Source: Ramazzottius varieornatus
Taxonomy: Eukaryota > Animalia > Tardigrada
Reading direction: 5' to 3'
Length of the DNA stretch: 64,000 nucleotides
Assembly (NCBI GenBank): GCA_001949185.1
Contig: BDGG01000004.1
Location: 4,676,346 to 4,740,345 of the forward strand
In this document: positions 49,910 to 61,600 of the stretch, in pieces
How positions within the stretch are numbered: the stretch's first letter is position 1
How the letters are laid out: each line of letters begins with the position of its first letter
Made by a program: the position numbers and the translations under genes
The notes under the pieces: generated by a model
Databases searched by the model: none
Seen by the model: only the letters and a program-made list of their open reading frames with translations
What the model was told of the DNA's origin: nothing

Positions 49910-52662
49910 AAACAAAGCTCTTTTCATCGCTGCCTTGCTGCGTTCGGCTTCCCGGAGAAGAAGCATCGACATTCGGACTAATCAAAAGAGCAACATTAGG
50001 CAAACAGTACCACTCGAATACAACGAAAGCCTCGAAACAAGGAGGTCGACCTCCTTGTTTCGAAGTGGCAGTAAAATTTTCGAAGTGGCCAGATTAGCCT
50101 CGATATACTATCTATTTTATACTGGCTGTTGCTTCCGTCTTTGCCTTTAGTGCTTCCTGCTTAGCTTGTCCCATCTCTCTCGACGTTCTGTTTATCCCTT
50201 AGTTCTCTCGAGTGTCGACAGTCTTGATTTATAAAGCTCCACGGAGGAAAGGGCCCCATGATGGAGCTCGACAGGGTGCCTGTGCGTAAGTCATGTGTTT
50301 TCCTGATGATCTCGACCCTGATGCACCTCTGGAAGCTGTCCTGAAGGCTGATGTTTTTTTCAGGGAGGCCGAACGTGGCACCCTGTGCAGCACCAACGGA
50401 ATCTTGGTCGACGGCCGAAACGGGGTAGAATATCGAAGGGTGGCGGCGATGCAGCTGACAGCCTGACGCGGGAGCGAGACGAAGATCTCATGACCAAACG
50501 CAGCCCGTCAAGACTCAAGACAGGACCTGGTAACCATTTCCCTATGTAGTACAGTACTTCCTCGTCTCTCGCGCAGTTTTTCGTTCAGCTCAATGTCTGG
50601 TCATGGCTGCCCCAAAGAGCGATAGTTTCAGGCTAGTGAGTTACCGTTGGGATTTTGTTTGCCAGTGGGCTTTTGACTGTTTGAGTAAAAATGTGAAATA
50701 GGAACTTTAGTCATTTGTTTTTTCCGATCGAACCAACCTTCTAGGCTTGGAAGTGAGTAGATTACAGTCATCTGACTACTTCCAGCCTGTAGTTCTACGA
50801 ATATATTATATCTCTCGCTCAGTTATCTCGACAAAGTCCTGATTCACAAAGCTTCGAGAAGAACAGGACGGCGCACGATAGTACTCGACAGGAGGCTTTC
50901 GTTGTATTCGAGTGGTACTGTTTGCCTAATGTTGCTCTTTTGATTAGTCCGAATTTCGATGCTTCTTCTCCGGGAAGCCGAACGCAGCAAGGCAGCGATG
51001 AAGTTGTGGTTCACGGTCGAGATGGCGGACCGTCAATTATAGAGGGCATCGAAGCGTGTCTCGCCCACGTTAGCTCATTTTATGTCATGTGGTTCTCCGA
51101 CTTTGCCCGTTTTTCATGGAGCCACAGACGACGCAATAGCTCGTTGAACATCTTGTTCGGGTTTTGCCCGACGGTCCGCTGAGTCGTCGTTCATCTTAGC
51201 TTGCCGGCAAAAAACACGAGAGAACCGAGGGTTTACTAGTGAGGAATTCGACGCTACTCGTACAGTAAAATTTGTTAACCGGCACTTCAACGCCATTTTG
51301 CTGTGTAATTTCGAGCGTAATCGTTAACCCGCCCAGTCTACGGAACAAAAGATTCTGATCAGTCATTGAATACGAAAACCGGCACCGCTTCGGGGAAAGC
51401 CAACGGTTTAGGTCGTGAGCCATTGTCATCCATTGAGTCAGTCAAATATTTCTATCTCATTCCGAAGGTTGTTCTTCTTTTGCTGGCTGAAACTAGAAAG
51501 TTCACATCACTGTGGATGTATGTAGATCCTCAAGGAACTATAAATAATTTATCACATTACATCGTGTTTCATATTGGATTAGGGCGGAAACAAGGATCAT
51601 CTTGTGAACCTTAACCTCACAAGCTTGTAGTATCCCAAACGCTGATTTTGATCTTCAAGCTCGGTAAGTGCGGTTGGTGCAGGAATCAGCAATCCATGTT
51701 AGAGTCACATTATAACGAAACCTTGAGTTGTTCGCCCCGCAGTAGACGGTAGACCGTAGACTATCGATTGCTAATAGTGACGTCGCCTTGAAGCTGCTAC
51801 CGGCGCAAACTGCTAAAAACGCAGCTAGCCTGTGTTGAAGCAGGAGACCTTCTGTATGTGATTACATATCTCAGTTATAAATAGGTTCCAGTCAGACGTC
51901 GGCGGAAGTTTTAGCGTCAGAGCGGAGGTTTTATAGTTTCAAACTTTCTGATCGGTGTAAATCAAGTTCTAATGCTGATGCGCGCAGATGGAGATAGTCA
52001 AAGTGTATACACTTTCAAGTACGTAGTCGCAGTCTTGTAATCATCCGGCAGTTCGATGTGCACACGTACGACACTGCGAGTCTGCGACAAAACCGGCTTC
52101 CCAGCTGATCAACGTGCTCTGCTCGATATTACGCCAACACGAGTGATAACGTTGATGGCTGGCTTGCTTGAACTCTCTAATAACTCTGCGAACATTTCTG
52201 AGTGGTTTGAAACTGTCTGTTCACTGGTGAAGAAAACTGTGTGTTCTCTAGAAACTAGAAAGTGAAGTCGCTTGAGTTGAAAGTTATATCACAGTCAAAT
52301 ACGGGTTTTCGAGGTTGCTGCGTTCATATGCTATCCCGCTACGGGAGTCAAGGAGCTTCTTGCTGCTCCTCGTAACAATGTCGGTTTTTTCTGCTATAGA
52401 CTCATCGGAGGTGTTTTGAGAATCGACCGACCTTCGGCTCGTTCGATCGGTGAGTGCATGCAATTAGTTTCTACACAAATACAGAAAAGATGATCAATCA
52501 AAAGTTTTTTTTGAACCATCTGGATTGTTAGGATGGGCAAACGATTATATTGATTTACCGTTTGAGAAAAACAGACAGTCACGTACTGTACATTCAACAG
52601 GGAATAATTGGTTTCATTCAGGAGTCTTTTGTGTCTGTTACAGTGCTGGATAGTGCCTACTA

Positions 52663-55600
52663 ATGGAACTAGTCGATGAGGATTTCGACGATACGTCCTG
52701 GTACTCCGGAAGTCGCGATTCCTCCCATTCGCGACTGAGTGGAGCGTCCGTCTCGCGCTTGACTGACTGGGGAGAACCTGTCTTTCGGGAAGAAGAGTTT
52801 CGAGAGAGCATTCGATCTCTGCAAGGTAGGCAAGACTTCCATCCGCGCAGTGCTGTTGCATAAATAAACCACGAGGAAAAAATTAAAAGTGGCGTATACA
52901 GCTAATACGAGCATTGGTCGTGTACGTCAAACCGAGCACCAGCGCTTATTTTTCATTCATGCGACCCTTTATCATCGAAGCAGCTCACAATAAAGCCTTC
53001 GTTTGTGCTGACGAGCCAGTCAGTTTTAATGGCCTACGTTCATGTTTTCGACGGCATAAATTACCATGCGAGTATTAATAGAAAAGTTCGCGGTACATCG
53101 CTAGCGCGTCTCACGGTTCTGGTGCCAAAATCATCTCTGCAGCATCACACGTACTTTGGTGGTGGGTGAAGGTCTCGAGACACCCACCGCTAGCTTCTCA
53201 TTGACATGAACCCTGAAATTTCCCCATACGATGGTGTGATGTGACGAACTGGAAATATCCCTCCAGTATATTTTGCCTTATGCGGTGGCTTAAGGAACTC
53301 TACTGCTGCCTATGCTCAAGCTGTTGCGTGCGATGGAGAAGGAAAACACGCCACAAAATGCGCCTCTTTTTTATTTCAGACGAACAGGAGAGAGTTCAGA
53401 AGCGAACTTTCACCAACTGGATTAACTCTCATCTATCTCATGTAAGTTCCGTGGTCAGTTGCCCAGAGTGGCGAGCACAAGGTCCGTCAATCCTGTCTCA
53501 CTTCCGGGACTCTCGAAAATCTAAAACAAATTCAGGATACGGATTTTTGGTTTTGCAGCATCCAAGTCGTCGAGTGGTGCACGATCTATACACGGATATC
53601 AGAGATGGCCGAAGTTTGTTGGCGCTTCTGGAAGTCCTTTCGGGAGACTATCTGGTGAGTGCGGTTGGGTGAGATTTTTCTATTGAGCTCGTCGGATGCC
53701 ACGGAGTTGGTTTATGTTTGCAGTAAAGAGGTTTCCGTGTCGTAAACATTGTTTGTGAAATACGGCTGTTGATTCAGTGTCTGGTTATGTTACGTTTGCA
53801 GCCAAGCGAACCAGCCAGACGCTATCACCGTACGCATTACTTGGTCAACGTCGAAAAGGCTCTCGAGTATTTGCGCTATCGGCAGGTTGGTATTGACTTT
53901 TCAACTTATTATGCATATAACAAAATAAGCCGCTTGTTCAAGTTCAGTTATGCATTGCAGTTATTGTTCTGGTTTACCCTAGATCAAACTGGTGAACATA
54001 CACACCAGCGACATTGTCGACGGCAACCATACCGTCATCCTTGGATTAATATGGATTATCATTCTTCATTTCCAAGTAAACTAAAAGAAAGATACCTTGT
54101 CCTTTTCCGTCATCAATACTGGCTCACATTTCAGCAAGTTTGAACCATTGGTCAGATGGAATTCTCTGTTGTAGATAAATTTCGATCTGAATATGTTAAC
54201 GGATACTGTGGTCACCGAAACAGTAACCAGCGTGGCGACCACACCCAGTGGCCGCCGGTCAGTTGCGTCGCTGGATTCTGGCGGCAGATCCAGTGCCGGC
54301 ATGTCTCCTCGGGGACGCACTGGACATTTCCAGTCCGGTGCTTCGTCTGTGATACTGCGCTGGTGCAAGCGGGAAATCGAGGAGTACGACTTTGTGTCGA
54401 AGCATCGTCAACCTTTACCCATCCGGGATCGATAATCTACTTGTTTAATTTTTCAGTCGATTTGGCATTCCCATCCACAATTTAACTACAAGCTGGCAAA
54501 GCGGAATGGCCTTTCTGGGATTAGTTAAGGTACTTAATTCTTCGCTTGTTAATCTTTACCAATTTAGGGAAGAGTCAACGAGCGTCCGTCTGGAGACCGC
54601 CTTTCGTTTGGCTAACGACCATTTCGGAATACCTCCTCTACTGGACACTGCAGGTACGTTGTCACATCCGCTCATCCTCCGATCGGGCTAAACTACCATA
54701 ATTCCGGACCTTGCTGTTTCACGATAGCTCTTGTTCTCTAGACTTGGAAGTCGAACGGCCTGACGAGAGGAGCATCATGATTTATGTCTCGGAGTTCATC
54801 CGGAGATATCCGGCGATTCGAGAAGCTGAGAGCCGGGTTCAGGAACCAAGCCAAGTCAGCGAGATGGCAGCCTTCGACAGGTTGAAGGAATGGTGCCAGG
54901 ATATCGTCGTGTCTCTAAGATGCATGACAGCTCCAGAACGTCCCACCCTGGCGTACTTTGAGGTAGGTCTCACCACCATCGTTTGACCATTCCGTGTTCT
55001 TGACGTTGCCACTGTTCCTCGAGTTCAGCAGACGTCTAATCGAGCGGATACTTAGCATGCGGACGCACCGCATAAAACCAAGTGCCGCGTCACCGGCAAT
55101 TAAAGCAATAATCGGATCATCTACAGCTTTTGCAACGAACTACCATGTAACTATTCGAGATTCTGTTTTAGGAATATCAGTCGTTCCAGCAGGAACTCCG
55201 AAGGCGAGCTTTGGAATACAAGCGTTTGAAAGACATGTTAGAAGAAGGACGCTTTGTCACCCTGAAAGAAGAACACTTTCAAGAAATGGATATTTTGTGG
55301 ACGAAACTGCTCAGAGCAAAGGCCTCGTGGCACTCTTTTCTGTTCAGGTGAGACGCGAGACCGGGGACCGCTTTTCTCTCAAAACTCATGGACCACGGAA
55401 CGTTAACAATTGTATCCTTTTGCAGCAACTTGCAAGGCCAGGAGAGGCTTATTTGCTCACGGTTCGATGCGCTGGAAGACGCTATATACGAGCATTTGCT
55501 GCTTCCTTCTCTCCCCGATAGACAGAGCTTCCGCCGGGGAGGAATAGAGGTCAAGATCGCCCGATATGAGGTGCGATATTTTTGGCGCTCGTTTTTATAG

Positions 55601-58600
55601 GGTGGACCTGCTGAAAGCTGAACTCGTTTGCAGGAGCTCAAGTCGGAGCTACGATTCATCAGCGACATGTTGCATGATTACGAACTAGCGGAAGAAACTT
55701 CGGACGACTTCAAGCTGCACCGTCTGTCCAGCGCATTTGCTTCAACGTGGGAATTTTTGCACGAAAGATGGCTGGAAGAAAAGTGTCGGCTACTGCTGCG
55801 GCGACAAATGGAGATGATCAAAGACTTGGAGACGAGGGCCGCTCGCTGGAAGACAATCTCTCTACAGCCAGACCCGTCCAAGTGGCGAGCTCGTCTGGAC
55901 GAAGAGTACCGAACTCACGTGACCCATCAAAGTGTGCACGACAGGTTTCAGGACCTGTCAAGGCACTTTGGCGAATGCTTGGAGCAGTTCGGTGAATCGA
56001 GGAACCAGCATTCCGATTTGGTCAACGAAGCCGCAGTCATCGCCCGAAGATGGGAAAAACTCTGCGAAACGCTGTCTTCTCTGCGCAATACTATTCAGAA
56101 TCAAGCCACACGACCTTCTGTGACATGGCAAGGACCAGCCACATCTTCGCGTCTATCAGCGTCTGGTTCTTTTGGTCAATCAGGTGAGCACATGTGTACG
56201 CACTAGATGCTTAGATCGCGAGAATACGAGCTGTTTCTTACCTGAATCGTTTCAGCAACCTTTGTATCTCGTACCTCGCCCGGTGCATCCACGAGAGTCT
56301 CTTGGAGCCAGTATGCAATGAGGTAAGGGTATCCGATCGGGCCTACAAAAAGTACATCCTGACTGAAAAAAAGCCAGTGTGCCGTCATAAAAAAAGCACT
56401 ATAATAAGGTTTTCTCCAGGGTTGAGACGTTCCAAAACTCCCTGGACGAACTGGAGAGACAGTTGTTGACCGACGAAAGAACTTCGGCGGGCGACGAGGA
56501 AAGCACGAACACACAGCTCTTGCTGATTCAGGTGCGTATTGCCATCGAATTTCAGTTGCTTTACGCGTCATGGTACATTGGTACTATTGAATGGGCTTGG
56601 CTTAATTTTTCAATCTTTTTGAACTTGCAGAACCTGAGGGTCCAGATGTTGCACAATCAGCAAGAGATCAAGGCCGTCCTAGAAAGCTTGTCCTCCACGG
56701 AAGCTCAAGAAAACATGCCACAGGAAGAGGCGAGGAAACTGACAATGTTGATCGAGCGTTACGAGTAAGTCCGTTTCAGAGGGCCACTCACTTGAGTCAC
56801 TTCCCAGTCTAGACGTGTGCTTATATACCCTTCAATTTGCAGTACTCTTCTGGCTTCCGTGCACGCCTTCAGAAACAGAAGACGGGAACAGCAGCAACAA
56901 GTAACCGCAGATCAAAGAACAACGACCGTACATACGTCCACGACAACAGTGTCGGTCCAGAAATCGACCGTCAAACAAATGGCGGAAAGATTCAATGCGT
57001 CAGTTAAAGCACGACGAGGCCAGCAGAGTGGCAGCGCGCCTGCTCCATCTGTTCCTGTTAGAACGCGAACTAGTTGGGTTACCAGCACGGACACCACAAC
57101 TGCAGGTCCAAGCAAGTCACGTCCAATCTATCATGTACCTGTTCAACAAGCGCCGGACACTCAAAAAACTGGAAGGAGCAACGACCAGCACGAGCGTGCC
57201 ATTCCTGATCTGCGGAAACAGATTGTCGATATCGTGACTACTTTGCGCCATAGAACGTCGGTCAGAGACGAAGCCATTCCTCCCAACAACAACCTCCGGG
57301 AACCACCCACCACTGACAGAGCCCAAGCCGCAAAAACCGCAGGTTCCACTTCACTTTCGTACAGCCGACTAGGGGCCCATACAACGGCACAGCCACCATT
57401 GTCTTCACCCACTAACGTGCTGGGAACAGCGACCCAAACAATCCTGCCACGACCATTGTACGATGCAATAGCCCTAACCCACCATATTGTCCGACTCACA
57501 CATGCGCCAGGAAGCACTCATCTTCAACCGGAATCCGCCGTACCCGAACTCAACCGCAGAACAGAGTCCGAAAGCCAGTCCCGCTATCGGTCCACCGCCG
57601 ACTTGACCACTCCCCAATTCCACCGAAACAACCAGCCTCTCCCCGAAGGTAGCATCGAGCCACAGCCCAAACAGCCCAGCGTCGTCGAAGAGGAGACGGT
57701 CATTGTCCAAGAGACTGTTCAACGACGACCAGCGCCTACGGTCGACACTTTTGAGACGGAAAGTGCGCTCAACCGGGTGACAGTCGACCTGGTGCCGGCC
57801 ATCATCTCGGTTCCCGCTAGACGGGCTGATCGTGAACTACTGGAGATCTTGACGACGGACAAGGTGCTACCTGAAGAAATTACCGCCCTCGAAGAGATTG
57901 AACTGTTGCGTTCACGCATCGTCCACGAGGAAGAAGAGCGTCCTACCCGACAGGAGGACCTTGAGATTATCCATCGAGCCGCACCCAAAGACGAACTGTA
58001 CAGCACCATCACTGTCCAGCGCGAAGTAATTAGCCAGCCAGAAGTGCAGGTGCCATCCGTACAGGAAGAGACTGTCATCACCGGTACGTCTAACACCAGC
58101 ATATCCAATGCATCCTTCATCCCTGTACCGCATCACGTAATTGTCTGTCCTTTTGTAGAAGAGCCAGTCCGGCCGCAGGCTCGTGGCGAGTCCTTGACCA
58201 TCACAACTAGCGACAGGCTCGTACCTGAGCTCATCAGCGCCCTCACCGATCAGTATGTCATGCGCAGCCGCGAAGAGCTTGTCACCGAACCAGAGCTCAT
58301 TCCGGTACAGCCCAGCGTCGTCGAAGAGGAGACGGTCATTGTCCAAGAGACTGTTCAACGACGACCAGCGCCTACGGTCGACACTTTTGAGACGGAAAGT
58401 GCGCTCAACCGGGTGACAGTCGACCTGGTGCCGGCCATCATCTCGGTTCCCGCTAGACGGGCTGATCGTGAACTACTGGAGATCTTGACGACGGACAAGG
58501 TGCTACCTGAAGAAATTACCGCCCTCGAAGAGATTGAACTGTTGCGTTCACGCATCGTCCACGAGGAAGAAGAGCGTCCTACCCGACAGGAGGACCTTGA

Positions 58601-61600
58601 GATTATCCATCGAGCCGCACCCAAAGACGAACTGTACAGCACCATCACTGTCCAGCGCGAAGTAATTAGCCAGCCAGAAGTGCAGGTGCCATCCGTACAG
58701 GAAGAGACTGTCATCACCGGTACGTCTAACACCAGCATATCCAATGCATCCTTCATCCCTGTACCGCATCACGTAATTGTCTGTCCTTTTGTAGAAGAGC
58801 CAGTCCGGCCGCAGGCTCGTGGCGAGTCCTTGACCATCACAACTAGCGACAGGCTCGTACCTGAGCTCATCAGCGCCCTCACCGATCAGTATGTCATGCG
58901 CAGCCGCGAAGAGCTTGTCACCGAACCAGAGCTCATTCCGGTACAGCCCAGCGTCGTCGAAGAGGAGACGGTCATTGTCCAAGAGACTGTTCAACGACGA
59001 CCAGCGCCTACGGTCGACACTTTTGAGACGGAAAGTGCGCTCAACCGGGTGACAGTCGACCTGGTGCCGGCCATCATCTCGGTTCCCGCTAGACGGGCTG
59101 ATCGTGAACTACTGGAAGTCTTGACCACCGAGAAGGTCCTTCCCGAGGAGATTAGCGCCATCGACGAGATTGAACTGTTGCGATCACGCATCGTTCACCA
59201 GGAAGAAGAGCGGCCTACTCGGCAAGAGGAGCTCGACATTATCCACCGAAGCGCACCCAAGGACGATCTGTACAGCACCGTCACCATCGAACGCGAACTA
59301 GTCGGCCATCCTGAAGTGCAGGTGCCATTCGTACAGGAAGAGACTGTCATTACCGGTAAGCTCCCCATACATACCATCATACCGTCTCTTTCCACTAGGT
59401 TGCCTCACTAACGCCCATCCTTACAGAAGAGCCAGTCCAACCGACAATCGTCCTACCACAAGCCCTTCGCGAGCCACTAGCCATCATTACCAGCGACAAG
59501 TTTACACCTGAGCTCATTAGCGCCATCACCGACCAGCAAGTCATTCGTACTAGCGAAGTGGAGATCCTTACCCGACCAGACGAGCCAGTCGACATTGTAC
59601 ACCGTGTCACTCCCAAAGACGATGCCTTCGCCACTAAAGAGCTACTGGTCCCTACTCCATCACTGCCCGGCGCCGTGGAAGAAGAGACTATTATCCTGGA
59701 GGAAACTATCCACCAACGACGACCAGCGCCTGCTGTCGACACTTTCGACACGGAAACTGCGCCTACCAGGGTGACAGGCGACCTGGTGCCGGCCATCAGC
59801 TCTACTCCTGCCAGCCAGGCTGATCGTGAGCTATTGAAGTCTGNNNNNNNNNNNNNNNNNNNNNNNNNNNNNNNNNNNNNNNNNNNNNNNNNNTACCGCA
59901 TCACGTAATTGTCTGTCCTTTTGTAGAAGAGCCAGTCCGGCCGCAGGCTCGTGGCGAGTCCTTGACCATCACAACTAGCGACAGGCTCGTACCTGAGCTC
60001 ATCAGCGCCCTCACCGATCAGTATGTCATGCGCAGCCGCGAAGAGCTTGTCACCGAACCAGAGCTCATTCCGGTACAGCCCAGCGTCGTCGAAGAGGAGA
60101 CGGTCATTGTCCAAGAGACTGTTCAACGACGACCAGCGCCTACGGTCGACACTTTTGAGACGGAAAGTGCGCTCAACCGGGTGACAGTCGACCTGGTGCC
60201 GGCCATCATCTCGGTTCCCGCTAGACGGGCTGATCGTGAACTACTGGAGATCTTGACGACGGACAAGGTGCTACCTGAAGAAATTACCGCCCTCGAAGAG
60301 ATTGAACTGTTGCGTTCACGCATCGTCCACGAGGAAGAAGAGCGTCCTACCCGACAGGAGGACCTTGAGATTATCCATCGAGCCGCACCCAAAGACGAAC
60401 TGTACAGCACCATCACTGTCCAGCGCGAAGTAATTAGCCAGCCAGAAGTGCAGGTGCCATCCGTACAGGAAGAGACTGTCATCACCGGTACGTCTAACAC
60501 CAGCATATCCAATGCATCCTTCATCCCTGTACCGCATCACGTAATTGTCTGTCCTTTTGTAGAAGAGCCAGTCCGGCCGCAGGCTCGTGGCGAGTCCTTG
60601 ACCATCACAACTAGCGACAGGCTCGTACCTGAGCTCATCAGCGCCCTCACCGATCAGTATGTCATGCGCAGCCGCGAAGAGCTTGTCACCGAACCAGAGC
60701 TCATTCCGGTACAGCCCAGCGTCGTCGAAGAGGAGACGGTCATTGTCCAAGAGACTGTTCAACGACGACCAGCGCCTACGGTCGACACTTTTGAGACGGA
60801 AAGTGCGCTCAACCGGGTGACAGTCGACCTGGTGCCGGCCATCATCTCGGTTCCCGCTAGACGGGCTGATCNNNNNNNNNNNNNNNNNNNNNNNNNNNNN
60901 NNNNNNNNNNNNNNNNNNNNNTCCATCGAGCCGCACCCAAAGACGAACTGTACAGCACCATCACTGTCCAGCGCGAAGTAATTAGCCAGCCAGAAGTGCA
61001 GGTGCCATCCGTACAGGAAGAGACTGTCATCACCGGTACGTCTAACACCAGCATATCCAATGCATCCTTCATCCCTGTACCGCATCACGTAATTGTCTGT
61101 CCTTTTGTAGAAGAGCCAGTCCGGCCGCAGGCTCGTGGCGAGTCCTTGACCATCACAACTAGCGACAGGCTCGTACCTGAGCTCATCAGCGCCCTCACCG
61201 ATCAGTATGTCATGCGCAGCCGCGAAGAGCTTGTCACCGAACCAGAGCTCATTCCGGTACAGCCCAGCGTCGTCGAAGAGGAGACGGTCATTGTCCAAGA
61301 GACTGTTCAACGACGACCAGCGCCTACGGTCGACACTTTTGAGACGGAAAGTGCGCTCAACCGGGTGACAGTCGACCTGGTGCCGGCCATCATCTCGGTT
61401 CCCGCTAGACGGGCTGATCGTGAACTACTGGAGATCTTGACGACGGACAAGGTGCTACCTGAAGAAATTACCGCCCTCGAAGAGATTGAACTGTTGCGTT
61501 CACGCATCGTCCACGAGGAAGAAGAGCGTCCTACCCGACAGGAGGACCTTGAGATTATCCATCGAGCCGCACCCAAAGACGAACTGTACAGCACCATCAC

